The notes under the pieces are model-generated. The model did no database searches and was not told where the DNA came from. It saw nothing but the letters and a program-made list of their open reading frames with translations. Positions 23,862 through 37,596 of a stretch of DNA of 64,000 nucleotides are shown here, piece by piece. Position 1 is the stretch's first letter. Each line of letters begins with the position of its first letter. The DNA is from Cladosporium halotolerans (taxonomy: Eukaryota). The position numbers and the translations under genes were made by a program. The DNA lies in the NCBI RefSeq assembly GCF_011745625.1, contig NW_027191453.1, forward strand, positions 186,001 to 250,000. Direction: 5' to 3'.

Positions 23862-24291
23862 TCAAGCCGATTGAAGCATCTCCATGATCTCCTTCATGAC
23901 CGCCGGGTCCATGCCTTCGGTCTTCTTCAGTTCCTTGCCGTCCCTGTACACAATAGCCGAAGGAGCTTTCGAGATACCAAAGTATTTCTGTTCACAATGT
24001 AACATTAGCCCGATGCTAATGGCTTGCGTTCCGCTCGCTATGCCCAATACTCACCCTGGCGTTCTCTTGCTGACTGATGTCGACTTTGTACGAAGTAGTA
24101 GTGCTGCTGAACTTCTTCGCGTACCTGAAATCTCACATCAGTACCAGTGCGACGAGTGATTGAGTGTCGCCTTACTCTTCGGCTTGCGGCGAGGTTTCGC
24201 CCTCGTAGCAGTAAATGAAGACGTATTTGCCCTTCTCCTGGATGGCCTTGTCGAACTCCTCACGACTGTTGAGCTGAATATGGGCAGACAT
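23862..24291 (-). CDS. Thioredoxin-fold small protein without CxxC (exons 24291-24176, 24124-24055, 23987-23862; 103 aa)
   Basis: Two canonical introns (GTAAGG..CAG and GTGAGT..GCTAAT..CAG) give MSAHIQLNSREEFDKAIQEKGKYVFIYCYEGETSPQAEEYAKKFSSTTTSYKVDISQQENARKYFGISKAPSAIVYRDGKELKKTEGMDPAVMKEIMEMLQSA. This follows the Trx pattern (S-x-EEF, KVD, GI-x-x-P, DG, G-x-D). Confidence 0.75.
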
Positions 24292-25804
24292 TTTGAACGG
24301 GCTGTAACGAACTGCAGTAGCTTCGGAGGAGAGGAGAGGAAGGACAATGAAGGTTGCTGACAAGTGGAATTGATCACTTATATACCCATCGTGTCCCTTT
24401 GACGGCGGTTATCTTGATGACGCTGCACTGCCCTGCAGAGCGGTCAACAACATTCGACGAATGAGGGATTGTCCAGAACACTGTGGCCACTCGCAACAAG
24501 GTGGAGAGCCGCTATGTTGGAGTTGCATGCATTGGTCGAACTCTCGGCGGCAGCAAAAGGCGTGGCACCATCGTAGTGGAGCAGTTACACTTGACCTTGG
24601 CAGTATCACAACAGGGAAGGAAACGCTCAGGGGAATGCGAGCTTTCCTGGAGCTGGTCAAAGGTATACGGCTCTTTGAGCCAACAGCTAACGCGTGGTTT
24701 CAGAGCGCTGGCCGAGAAGCTGAAGCATCTTGACGCTGCGCCGTCTGTTTGGAGCGTGACATGATTCCAGACCTCGCCAATGCCTTGATGAATGCCCGAG
24801 TTGTCGGGAGACGGGACAAGTGGGTGATGATGCGGTATACGAAGCCCCCATATGGAGTCCACGCCCCACACAAGCTTGCAACCGCGGCCGCGGCCGATCA
24901 TAAGCGCATCAACGACTCTGCGCTCCCATGCCCTAAGGTAATCTTTTGTGGCTGGAGATCTCATATTTGACTTGAATGAGCTCTCCCCTGTCAACGCCAT
25001 GGTTGGTCAACTTATTCGCTGTGTCTTCGCTTGAGCAGAGCGTTCGCTTTGACCTCTCAAACGCATGCTGTGCGGATGCCACGCGGCCTAGCATTTTCAG
25101 GATAGCCTGCATGCTCATGTCTTAAGTTATCCTGATATAGGTACCGTGGGATGCATTGACTCCAGTCAATGCAAGCTTCGCAAAGAAGTATTCTCGCAAG
25201 TACAACCTGCGTCACGCAAGGTGTGTAGCAGCGACGATTGCCGTCTGCTGCCATAAAGCATCCTCGCAGCCCAACGTCAGACCCTTGCTCCTGCGCGCGG
25301 ATGATGTCGCGCTGTCACGTGCTGAGCTTCTGCCTGATTTGCCAAGGGTCGAGCAAAACCTTTCGTTGGAAGGCGCGACGATGGCAGTCTCAACATCAGC
25401 CTGCCGGCCGACGCCCGGAGACTCACCAAACCCCACCGCGAGGACCTCGACCATGTTGCGAGAGCATTGACGGCTTGCCGGATTGGTTCACAGGCCTCCC
25501 TTAACCCAAGCCCGACACCTGCATCCACTTCCGGCGCGCGAACGTTAGACGCGTCCGTGTTGAAACTTCCCCACGATCTCGAACCCCTGCAGACAGCCGC
25601 CTTAGATCGTTCGCCACCTGGGACGTGCTCTGGTTCTTCTGGTATGTGAATTACAAACGATCACCTTCAGATTATTTCCCTCCAGCACTCGTTCACTTTG
25701 CGCGGAATACATCTGCATCCGCTGTCACACGGAGCTTGCTCCAGCTCGACAAGGCCTCTGGGAATTGTCTTACAGACTCTTAGGGGTTCAAGCATTTCGC
25801 AGCG

Positions 25805-28800
25805 ATGGCAAGGCTGTCAAGAGCCTCCGGGCAAGGCCAAAATTGTATGCATTAATCATCAATCGTTGAAACCAGCAGGCTTTCCTGTAAACTTGTTACT
25901 CCATAAATGGGAGAACTGACCATTTGCAGCTAATACAGCGCCTCACACTGTCCAAACCCACCCGGCGCCGCCACCAAGGCGCAACTCTGCTCGTTTGTCC
26001 GCCATGTCAGACAAAGCTGTCGCAAATTCCTCGGATGCCAACAGCGACCTTTCTGACGAGATCAGAGTATCAAGGACGCTACAAGCCGTCCAGATACCCC
26101 TCATGAACAGTCCGGACGTCAATCTCAAGCCTGGCATCAAGGCTACTGGATCGAACAGCCCAACGGATACCACCCTCACTTCACTGGATGGTAGCACTCG
26201 AGCCACCTCGATCGATATCGACACGCCCGGCACAACTCCTGCACGATCAACTATGGCCGCTTCCGGCAAACGTAAACGCAGTGGTCTTAGCAATCTCAGC
26301 AATGCTGTGCGGTTTGATGAATCCACAGACGAAGCGTTGGCGAAGCGCCTGCAAGAGGAAGAATACAGAATGGACACAGACGGCTCGGGCAAAGCGAACA
26401 AGCGAAAGAAGTTTTCCGTGTACCAGGTTGCAGACACCGAGGACGAGAGCGAACTTAGTGAGACCGTGTCCATCTCCTCGGACGACGAGCAGGGAACCTG
26501 GATGCCGCCGCCGCAGCGAACTGGCAAGGGAAACTATGAGGCGACATCTGGGAGCCGGGTTGAAGGTACTCGTCGGCCTACTGCATCGTTGAAGCAGTCG
26601 AAGGTCGAGGACAGCGATCCTTCCGAGAGCGTCGCACTTGGTGCTAGTGACACCGAGTCTGATGTGCCGCTTGTTCTCCGTCGTCCTCCTCGCACTCTGA
26701 CGAAAAGGTCCAAAAAGGATACGACAGCCTCCTCTCGGTCGGCTGGTCGCAATCCTGGAAACCAGCGGAAGAATGAGATCTCGGACTCTGATCTCTCAGA
26801 CTTCGATTTCAGCGCGAGCACAGGTGCATCGTCTCTGACCAGTCTTAGCGAGGCCGAGTCAGATGAGTTGCCTGTGGTGAGCCGATCTTCTGTGAGAGGC
26901 AAAGGGTCTCGTCGTCGCAGATTCGGCAACATCACGGCAAGCGGTGGCGCCAACATGGCACGAGACATCGGCGCTCTCATCGAACAAAGCTTCATGACTA
27001 GGAAGGATCGCGAGAGAAAGAAGCTCGAAAAGTCACATCCTGGTATAAAAACCATGTGGGAAGACCTTCAGAAGATCCCGATCATTGAGCCGGTCGCGGC
27101 AGCACAGCCGGCATCGATCAATCGCACGCTCAAGTCCTTCCAGCTTCAGGGCCTCGATTGGATGACCAGACAAGAACAGACAGACTACAAAGGAGGTCTT
27201 CTTGGAGACGAGATGGGCATGGGCAAAACGATCCAAGCAGTTTCGCTAATCATGTCGGATTTCCCTCAGCAAGACCCGACACTTGTTGTCGTGCCACCTG
27301 TTGCACTCATGCAATGGTCTAGCGAGATTACAGAATACACTGACGGAAAGCTCAAAGTCCTCGTGTACCACGGCCAGAACTCGAAAGTCAAGTCTATGAC
27401 CGTCAAAGACATTAAAAAGTACGACGTGGTCATGATCTCTTACAACAGCTTGGAATCTCTGTATCGCAAGGAAACAAAAGGCTGGAGTCGCGGCGAGGAC
27501 ATCGTCAAAGAAGACTCTCCTATCCACGCCATTCACTTTCACCGATTGATTCTCGACGAGGCACACAGCATCAAGTCTCGCACCACCGGCGTTGCTAAAG
27601 CGTGCTTCGCGCTCAAAGGCACGTACAAGTGGTGCTTGTCTGGGACGCCTGTTCAAAACCGCATCGGAGAATTTTTCTCACTGCTACGCTTCTTGGAGGT
27701 GCGTCCCTTCGCCGACTATTTTTGCAAGAGCTGCAGTTGCTCGATCTTGCACTGGAAGCTCGATGAAGATCACCGCTGCAGCAGTTGCAAGCACTCCGGC
27801 ATGGAGCACGTCTCGGTCTTCAACCAGGAGCTTCTCAATCCACTCACCCAATCCGAGGATCCATCGGTCCGTTCTGCAGCCATGGATAAATTGCACATGA
27901 TCACAGCTCGCATCATGCTTCGGCGCATGAAGCGCGACCATGTCAGCTCCATGGAGTTACCTCCGAAAGAGGTAATTGTCCGCTCTGACTTCTTCGGTCT
28001 TATTGAGCGTGACTTCTCCTCGAGCATCATGTCAAACACCGGGCGGCAATTTGACACATACGTGTCGCGCAACGTTGTGCTCAACAATTATGCCAACATT
28101 TTCGGCCTCATTATGCAGATGCGTCAGGTCGCAAACCATCCAGACCTGCTGCTCAGAAAATCAGCGGAGGGTGGTCAGAATGTGCTCGTCTGTAACATCT
28201 GTGACGAAGTTGCCGAGGACGCCATACGTTCTCAATGCAAGCACGACTTCTGCCGCTCCTGCGTGAAGAGCTACATTCAGACCACCGAATCTGCGGGAGG
28301 CGATCCTGATTGCCCTCGCTGTCACATTCCCTTGGCGATTGACCTTGATCAGCCGGAGATGGAGCAGGACGAAGAAGGTGTCAAGAAAACTTCAATTGTG
28401 AATCGCATCAAGATGGAGGACTGGACTTCGTCGACCAAGATCGAAATGCTCATCTACGAGCTTTACAAGCTTCGCTCGAAGAAGCAGACTCTCAAATCCA
28501 TCGTCTTCTCGCAGTTCACGTCGATGTTGCAGCTTGTCGAGTGGCGCCTGCGCCGCGCTGGGTTCAACACTGTCATGCTTGATGGATCGATGACGCCTAT
28601 TCAGCGCCAGAGGAGCATCGAGTACTTCATGAACAATACGGACGTCGAGGTCTTCCTGGTCTCGCTCAAGGCAGGCGGTGTGGCACTCAACCTCACGGAG
28701 GCTTCCAGAGTCTTCATCGTCGACCCGTAAGTCTTTCCCCCGGCTTTTTGTCTTCAACGGATTGATTGCTAACACAGTCTACAGATGGTGGAACCCTGCC

Positions 28801-29013
28801 GCCGAATGGCAATCAGCTGATCGTTGCCATCGCATCGGCCAGAAGAGGCCATGTGTCATCACACGTCTCTGCATCGAAGACTCGGTCGAATCGCGCATGG
28901 TCATGCTGCAAGAGAAGAAGGCTAACATGATCAACGGCACGATTAACAATGACAAGACGTCGATGGAAAAGTTGACGCCCGAGGACATGCAATTTTTGTT
29001 CCGTGGCTCTTAG
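25805..29013 (+). CDS. RAD16: Global-genome NER SNF2/RING helicase (introns 25845-25929, 28727-28784)
   Basis: [79 protein letters not shown] and [20 protein letters not shown] first exon from ATG 25805 ([13 protein letters not shown]) splices in frame; the start is less certain than the identity. Confidence 0.92.
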
Positions 29014-29995
29014 CTGGCCTGGCGAAGCTGTAGAAGTATGGCAAGCAGGGCATGGTGGCTCCCAGGTTTTCAGTTCATTTCATTTCTTACTAGGGCAAGG
29101 AAGACATGGTTTGGCTCACGAGGATGCATAGCTCGTGGAACAAAGGATCAATGGGCACGGCGCTTCATGGCGAGCTTTAACAGGGGCTAGATCACAAAGC
29201 AGGCATAGTCGCCTATAGTTTTGCATTATGATACCCTCTTGCTTTTCAATTGCTGCTGCCTGGCTCTCGTTGTCTCATACGTCCCGATCAACTTCATCTG
29301 TCCAGTGCGATCGATTCCAGCGGCCCGCTTCAGCACCGAGCCAAGCTTGGAGCTGTAGAAATTTAGGTGCCCTTCCAAACTCTTCTTTTAGGCGTCATAG
29401 GAGACTCCTAGTTCGGTCTCGTAGAAGCAGTCTTAGAGTGACCCTGTAGAGGTGGTGGGCAATGATCATGTGACTTGCGATCACGTGTTTGGAGGCACGG
29501 CCCGCGACTTCCCGCAACGCGCAAGAACTCACCACAGCCCCAGCAGCGCAGATGGCTGCGGCATCAAGAGACCTCCGAGGACAACCCCACCACATCGACG
29601 AACATATCAGCTACGCGTCAGCATCGCGTCCGCCCATCGCGAAACATTCCCCAGACGCCGCATCCAACCCATTCACCACGCTCGCTTGCCGACAACTCTC
29701 TACGACGCCAACCCGGCCCTGCCGGCAAACACCCCCGTCACGGCCGCGCTACACCCACCGCGCAGCAACACCCATCATTGCGCTTTGCGCGCGCTTGGCT
29801 TCACAAGACCCCGACAGGAAGCCGCGCGCAACGCTTGGTGTTTCGCTGGCCCTTCACCGCGCGCCCACGTGGATGCCTGTCACTTTGACCCAGTAAAGGC
29901 GCGTCGCACGTTCTGATTCACGTGCATCGCGCGGCCATCAGGGTCGGCAGGAAGAAATAGATAACGGAGGGTCTGAACGCTAGGAGGACTTCAAT

Positions 29996-32900
29996 ATGGC
30001 TGCGGTACAGCCCAACCAAGGCATGCCACAGCACGGCAACAGCGGTAATGCCATGGGCCAGCAGAGTGTGCTGCCGCCTGGCATGACCAAAGAGCACGTC
30101 CAGCAGATATATAAGGTACACGCGCCGTCATCCCAGGGCACAGCCTCATCACGCGACATGTATACTGACACTCGCATTCAATAGAAATATCAGCAGATGA
30201 AGCAAAGTGGCGTCCCCGAAACCGATCCCGAGCTTATCAAAGCGCGCAACATCCTCGAATCTATCCAGCGCAAAACCGAGATCCTCAAGCGTCAACAAGC
30301 CTACAGACAACAGCAGCTCAAACAACAGCAACAGGCGGCTTTGCAACAAAATGGCGCGAATGCGCAATCGCCAGCGAACTTTGCGGCCATGCAGTCGCAG
30401 GCGAACGGCGCTGCTATGGCGCAGACACCTGTAGCTGATCAGCAGAACCACCAGCCTCAGACATCGACACCCGGGTCAAATGGCGCACCGCCAGCGGCTG
30501 TTCATCCCGTTCAGCGATCGACACCAGCGCAAGCGGAAAGTACTATGGATGCGTCCATGTCCAAGGATCAGATTGAGAAGCTGCGCTACCAGATGAAGGC
30601 ATTTGCCGCGCTGCAGAAAAACATGCCCATCCCACAAATCATTCAGGATCGGATCTTCACATCCAGGCTGGATCAGCAAGCTGTGAATACCGCAAATGCT
30701 GTAGCAGCTGCCGGGCAGACATTGGACGAAGCCGCTCAGAGTTCAGACACCTCGAAATCGGCCCAGGACACTGCAGCAGACGGAAAGCCGAAGCACCGAT
30801 TTGAATCTTTCACAGACCCCCACGCCTTGATTCAGAAGCGTATCGGCTATGCGGATCACACCTATCGCCAGTCGAGGCCTCTGATTCCCGGAATCATGCC
30901 GCTGGGCGTTGACCCCGAGCGTGTGCGCGAGGAGCGTGAGAACATCGTGTACAATCGTGTCATGGCGCGAAGACAAGAACTCGGGAAGTTGTCTGCAAAT
31001 ATCGGTGCTTGGGACACAAGCAAATCCGACGTACCAGCCGACAATGCCAATCTGAAGTTGAAGGCTCTCATAGAATATAAGTCACTCTGTCTCCTTCAGA
31101 AGCAGCGCCAGATGCGCGCCAGCATCAGCAAGGAGATGATGTCTTCTGACAACCTTGCGATGACTGCAAACCGCAGTATGTACCGACGCGTCAAGAAGCA
31201 ATCGCTGCGTGAAGCTCGGATCACGGAGAAGCTGGAGAAACAACAGCGCGATGCCGCCGAAAACAAGGAGAAGAAGAAGCACAACGATTTCCTCAGATCC
31301 CTGGTACAACACGCAGACGACGTGAAGAAATCTAGCAACGAAGCAAGAGATCGCCAACGCAAGCTCGGACGTCTGATGACAATCACTCACTCCAACATCG
31401 AGAAAGAAGAGCAGAAACGTATCGAGCGCACTGCGAAGCAGCGTCTGCAGGCTTTGAAGGCCAACGACGAAGAGACTTATCTCAGGCTGCTTGGCCAGGC
31501 TAAGGATAGCCGTATCTCTCACTTGCTCAAGCAGACCGACGGATTCTTGAACCAGCTCGCAGCATCGGTTAAGGCCCAGCAGCGCAGTCACAGGCACCAA
31601 GGCTACAACGAACCTGACGAGGAAAGTGACATCGAGGAGACCGCTGTCGACAGCGAAGACGAAAGCAAACCCAAGGTGGATTACTATGAGGTTGCCCATC
31701 GCGTCAAGGAAGAGATCAAGGCACAGTCGACCAACCTTGTGGGCGGTACACTCAAGGATTACCAGCTCAAGGGCCTCCAGTGGATGATCTCGCTCTTCAA
31801 CAACAACTTGAACGGTATCCTTGCCGACGAGATGGGTCTCGGAAAGACCATTCAAACCATTTCGCTCATTACGTACCTGATCGAGAAAAAGCAGCAACCC
31901 GGTCCTTTCCTCGTCATCGTACCACTCAGTACGCTCACCAACTGGAACAACGAATTCGAGAAGTGGGCGCCTTCCGTTTCGCGCATCGTGTACAAGGGTC
32001 CACCCAACCAGCGAAAGAACCACCAGCAGCAGATCCGCTATGGCCAATTCCAGGTCCTACTCACCACGTACGAATTCATTATCAAGGACAGACCCGTCCT
32101 CAGTAAAGTCAAATGGCTTCACATGATCGTCGACGAGGGCCATCGTATGAAGAATTCCCAATCCAAGCTGAGCAGTACCATCACCCAGTACTACCACACA
32201 CGCTACCGCCTGATTTTGACTGGTACACCACTGCAGAACAGTCTGCCCGAGCTTTGGGCGCTGCTCAACTTCGTTCTGCCGACGATCTTCAAGTCTGTCA
32301 CGTCTTTCGATGAATGGTTCAACACGCCCTTTGCGAACACAGGAGGCCAGGATAAAATGGAACTCTCAGAAGAAGAGCAGCTTCTCGTCATTCGTCGTCT
32401 TCACAAGGTTCTGCGTCCTTTTTTGCTTCGTCGTCTCAAGAAAGATGTCGAGAAGGATCTGCCAGACAAGCAGGAGCGCGTCATCAAGTGCAACTTTTCC
32501 GCTCTGCAGGCTAAACTGTACAAACAGCTGGGTACGCACAACAGGATTATGGTCAACGATGCTAGCGGCAAGAAGACTGGTATGCGTGGCTTGAGCAACA
32601 TGCTTATGCAGCTACGCAAGTTGTGTAATCATCCTTTCGTTTTTGAAGAGGTTGAGACTCAAATGAGCCCTGGCTCTAGCGTGAACGACCTCATCTGGCG
32701 TACAGCTGGCAAGTTCGAACTCCTAGACAGGATTCTCCCGAAGTTCCAAGCCACTGGGCACAGAGTCCTCATGTTCTTCCAGATGACAGCCATCATGGAC
32801 ATCATGGAAGACTACATGCGCTACAAGGGTGTACAATTCCTCCGTCTCGATGGTTCAACTAAAGCAGACGACCGGTCGGATCTGCTCAAGCAGTTCAATG

Positions 32901-34421
32901 CGCCTGACTCGCCTTACTTCTGTTTCCTACTCTCGACTCGTGCTGGTGGTCTCGGTCTTAACCTTCAGACTGCTGACACCGTCATCATCTACGACTCCGA
33001 TTGGAACCCTCATCAGGATCTGCAGGCCCAGGATCGTGCTCACCGTATCGGCCAGAAGAACGAAGTCCGCATCTTGCGCCTGATCAGCTCCAACTCCGTT
33101 GAAGAGAAGATCTTGGAACGTGCGCAGTTCAAGCTTGACATGGACGGCAAGGTCATTCAAGCTGGCAAGTTCGACAACAAGTCCACAAACGAAGAGCGTG
33201 ACGAGATGCTTCGTATCATGTTGGAGGCCGCCGAAAGTGCCGACGCCCTTCAGCAAGAAGAGATGGATGACGAGGACCTCAACACAATCATCATGCGTAA
33301 TGAGGGTGAATTCGAAATCTTCCAGAAGATGGACCAGGATCGTATGAAGACGGAACCATATGGTCCTGGAAAGAAGGTCCCGCGTCTCTTGGCTGATAGC
33401 GAGCTACCTGACATCTACCTCAACGAGGAGGCTCCGATTGCCGAGGAAATTGCCGATTCTGTCTTGGGTCGTGGAGCGCGCGAAAGGACCAAGGTCAAGT
33501 ATGACGATGGTCTAACTGAAGAACAATGGCTGGACGCCGTCGACGCCGACGATGACACCATCGAGGCCGCTGTTGCTCGCAAGCAAGCCAGGATCGCGAA
33601 ACGCGCAGGAAAGAGAGAGAGCAGCCTACGTGAAGATTTCGATCTTGGAGAGTCGCCACCGGCTTCGAGAAATGAATCTGCTTCTCCGGCGCCGCAACCA
33701 AAGAAACGTGGTCGCAAGGCCGCGAGAACAAGTGACAAGCGTAAAGCCGACGATGCGTCTCTTGACATTCCGGTCGAGCCTCCGAAAAAGCGAGGTCGCG
33801 GCAAGGCTGTCGAGAAACTCTCGGAGAAGGAACGCGAGACTCTTCAGCAAATTCTCGACAACGTCCACGACTCCTTGCAAGACCTTGAAGAGGAGTCGAG
33901 CGACCCGGATGTGCCCCCGCGCGGCATCATCGATCCTTTCGTGGAACTGCCCCCCAAGAACGACTACCCTGACTACTACCAGCTCATCAAGCAGCCAATT
34001 TGCATGAAGCAGATTGAGACGAGGATTAACAAGAAGCAATACCAGAGCCTCAGGCAATTCAGGCAGGATGTCGGGCTCTTGTGTGCAAACTGCAGGCAGT
34101 ACAACGAGGATGGCAGTGTGCTCTACAATGATGCGAACGTCATCGAGGTATGTCCTATCAACATCACGGCAGCTCTTCACACGAGGCTAACAACCATTAC
34201 AGGAAGCTCTTCTCTCGAAGCTGCGCGAAGAGACTGCCGCGCATCCCGAGTTCCAGGATTTTGACGACGCATCTTCCACTGCCGATGGTGCCTCTACCCG
34301 GCCCATGTCGAGTGTCGGCACGCCTCAGCCCCCCAAGTCTGGCATCAAACTCAAGCTAAACGGCAGGCCAAGTGCTTCGCGGCAAGGTACGGACAGCGTT
34401 GCACAGAGTGACGAAGAATAA
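29996..34421 (+). CDS. STH1: SWI/SNF/RSC chromatin-remodelling ATPase, Snf2/Sth1/Snf21 family (introns 30116-30184, 34148-34202)
   Basis: QLQ-like and HSA domains, NLNGILADEMGLGKTIQ, IVDEGHRMKN, DWNPHQDLQAQDRAHRIGQ, SnAC (YDDGLTEEQWL) and a bromodomain (DYPDYYQLIKQPI). The last exon ends DSVAQSDEE* at 34419-34421. Confidence 0.93.
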
Positions 34422-34970
34422 GATTCGACGGAGGCCGGCGTTCGAGATGGAATAGATTCACTGGGTTAGCATTGGTGTTGTTGTTTTTGTTGAACTGTAC
34501 AATCTTGAGGGCGGCATCAAAGTGTGGCTGCAAGACAAGAAGAAGCACTGGGGATGCGGTCCAGCAACCGGCTGGTCTTATTTATTACACGAGCTAGACT
34601 GCCCCATTCGATGGAGGTAGCTTGCGAGTTTTGTTCTGCGTGTTTGCCGTCTTTCAAATGGTCTTAAAATTACCACTCGTGTACCATCATGTTAGTTCGA
34701 AATCCAATTTTCAATCCTTCCTTTCGCGACCTCAAATCTACGACGCTCACTGCACGGTGGTCGTAATAGACGACTCTTTAGGCTCTCGATCTTAGATGGA
34801 TCATCCCATGAACCCGTAGCTTGCTTCACGTCTCTCAATTGGGCAGTGTCGTTTCCACACGTTGCAGTTAAAGTCTGATAATGCACGTGAGGCATTACGC
34901 TCTTTCGCTCCGCCCATGACTGCCAGCAGGATATCATGACTTTGTTATACATCTTTTACGTCGTAAATTT

Positions 34971-35704
34971 CTAGAACAGCACTCCCTTAGTGCTAGGCAC
35001 CTCGCCCTCGCGACCCACGACAGGTGTGCAAGCCATGCGGAGCGCCACCGCAAGAGCCTTGAAGGCGCTCTCTGCGCGGTGGTGGTCGTTGTCGCCGCGG
35101 ATGCAGTCCACGTGCATCGTAATGCCGGCGCCCTGCGCAAAGCTGTACAGGCAGTGGGGAATCATCTCGCAGCTGAGGTCTCCGATCTTCTCGCGGCGCA
35201 GGCCGAGTTCGCTGACGCAGTAGGGGCGGTTCGAGAGGTCGACAACGGCGCGCGAGAGGGCCTCGTCGAGTGGGCAGTAGGCGGAGCCGAAGCGGGCGAG
35301 GCCGGTGGTTGTGTGGAGGGCGGCTTTGAAGGCCTGGATTCAAGAGGTGTTTAGCAGATATCTTTGTCGATGGGACAGTAGGGATAGCGTACCTGACCGA
35401 GCGCAATGAAGGTGTCCTCTGCGGTGTGGTGGTCGTCGATGTGAAGGTCACCGCGAGTACGCAGGCGCATGCTCCAGCCGCCGTGCTTGGCGAGGGCGTG
35501 CAGCATGTGGTCCAGGAAGCCAATGCCGGTGTCTACGCTGATCTGCTGCGACTTGGAGTCCTGTGCGGCATGCTCGAGTGTCGAGCCATTGGCATCCTCG
35601 AGCTGGGGCAGAGCGCCGCCGTCGAGGTTGAGCGCAAGCTGGATCTTCGTCTCGTTGGTGTCGCGGTTGATGGTCGCGGTACGGATGCGCTTCTCGGTAG
35701 ACAT
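34971..35704 (-). CDS. HIS3: Imidazoleglycerol-phosphate dehydratase (intron 35392-35334)
   Basis: [61 protein letters not shown]. Confidence 0.96.
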
Positions 35705-35991
35705 GCTGGGCAAATTGGTTTCCGTGTGATGTTTAGGTCTTTTGTCTTTTGTCGCGCGTATTCAAGGCCAATTGATTGTACCAATCGCAAATCTCAAGAC
35801 TCACTTCTCTGACGTCGGCTCTGGAACTTTTGTTGGATTGGATAAGCACAGAAGGGACTCGCCCCATGCGGCTGCTCCCGTCACTAAACCTTAAATTTTG
35901 CCTAGGACTTTCAGATATCAAATCTTCGGCAAGCTATTCAAGAGGCGGCGAAACGGACGTCGAGATTTTCTACCATCATCACAGCAGCGTC

Positions 35992-36554
35992 ATGTCGCAA
36001 AACGGAGACCATGAGATGACCGACGCCGCTGCGGGCGCTGAGATCGATGCCCCGGTTAAGGTCGAGAAGCAAAGACTGAGACTCGTAAGTCGCGACCTCG
36101 AAGATATCAATAACATGCAAGTACTAAATTCAAATAGCTGCCTGGATCGTCTGATACCGCAGCCTCATTCGCGTTTGAGAAGGAGGACCACACGCTCGGA
36201 AACGCTCTCCGATACATGATCATGAAGAAGTAAGGCGCCTTCGTGCACTTCCGGCGTCGCGACTCCAATGTACTAACAATCTACTACAGCCCCGACGTCG
36301 AATTCTGCGGTTATTCAATCCCTCACCCCTCAGAAGCAGTTCTGCACTTGCGAATCCAAACTTGGGGTATGGACCCGTTGATCGCTCACGACAAAAGGCA
36401 AAACTGACAACTTGCAGATGGCGTTAGCGCCTCCGAAGTCCTTCGCAAAGGCCTTGAAGATCTCACTGATCTCTGCGATGTAGTGGTCGACAAATTCACA
36501 GCATCACGGGACGAGTTCAACGCTTCGCATCCAGAGGGTGTGCAAGCAAGTTGA
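35992..36554 (+). CDS. RPC19: RNA polymerase I/III shared subunit AC19 (introns 36085-36137, 36230-36289, 36367-36417)
   Basis: The spliced product contains [46 protein letters not shown]. It is divergent from HIS3. Confidence 0.92.
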
Positions 36555-36640
36555 TCAAAGGTTTCTCATTTTGATGACATTCAGGAAAAGGCCCATTTGC
36601 ACGCCGCTACTCGAGTTTACTATGTACATGATATTGGCTC

Positions 36641-37320
36641 TTAGTTACGGCCCTGCAGAAAGGGTAGTTTGTTAGCATGGCGTATGGAGCATCCAATGGG
36701 GAAATGGGTATCGTAGGGCGGAAATTCGGCTTTAGACATACCTCAAGGAAACCATCAATGAAGGTCTTCGGTAATCTCGCCTTCGGGTCCTCTTCTGCGC
36801 GGAAGTACTTAAGGACGTGTGACATCTGCTTCCAGAAGTTGAGTGTTTCCTGTCCTGTGTCAGTCCTTCGTTCTCCGCCATGGTATCCCCATATTCTCCG
36901 AGGATGCGCACCTGGAACTCGGCGTGGCTGTTGTAAATGAGGACGTCGACGGTCTTGAGCTTCGAGACATAGCGGTGGCGCTCGAACTCCTGCCTCATCT
37001 TGGTGCGAATGGCGGAAACGGGCATGTTGAGGGTGTACATGGTCTGGATCTCGGGGGCCTAGTGTTTGCGCATTGTCAGTCCACCAGCTCCAATCCGCGC
37101 AATTTTCCCAATGCTTCCTAGCTCTTCAATGCGCTCGTAGACTCCAAGGTGTTTCATACCGCACGCAGCCAGTCCCTGTAGGACTTGATCACACGCTGCG
37201 ACGCATCCTCCCAGTTGACGGCTAAGGTTTTGGTCAGCTCTGTTCTTCCGTCTGCGCGTCCCATTGAGGTTCCATACATGAGCGCGTCCGCTGCGCGAGG
37301 TATGTAGGGTTGATTGTCAT
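36641..37320 (-). CDS. NDUFA6: NADH:ubiquinone oxidoreductase LYR subunit B14/NDUFA6 (5 exons; introns 37277-37222, 37159-37059, 36911-36850, 36741-36653)
   Basis: MTINPTYLAQRTRSSVNW..RVIKSYRDWLRAAPEIQTMY..RQEFERHRYV..FQETLNFWKQMSHVLKYFR..FLEGRN. Confidence 0.9.
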
Positions 37321-37596
37321 TTTGCTGTGCTCGTTGTGCCCGCCAATGCCTCCGGTCACCTGTAGTCCTCTCCAGCAGCAACAGCAACTCAATCGCGGAC
37401 GTCGGGCTCGCGGAAACAGCCGCCGCGGTCAGCAAGCAATCTCAGGCAACAAGGCAACAACAGCCGACGTCACATGCTTCGGTTTCTGGCTGGTCTGAAC
37501 ATTTGATCGCAACTGAGTCGAGCGTCGCATCTCGTCGCGATCTTCGCCTCCAACACCAGACCAAACACCGCCACAAGGAGCGCAGTCACCGCAACG

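Noticed and set aside
31082..32047. 321-aa antisense ORF in STH1 (similar cases: 4145-5029, 49948-50652, 57821-58831)
   Set aside because: These lie opposite well-supported genes and are explained by codon bias.
25805..34421. Two adjacent SNF2-family ATPases as a tandem duplication or dedicated system
   Set aside because: RAD16 and STH1 belong to anciently separate subfamilies, and I saw no DNA-level repeat; the adjacency is most likely incidental.
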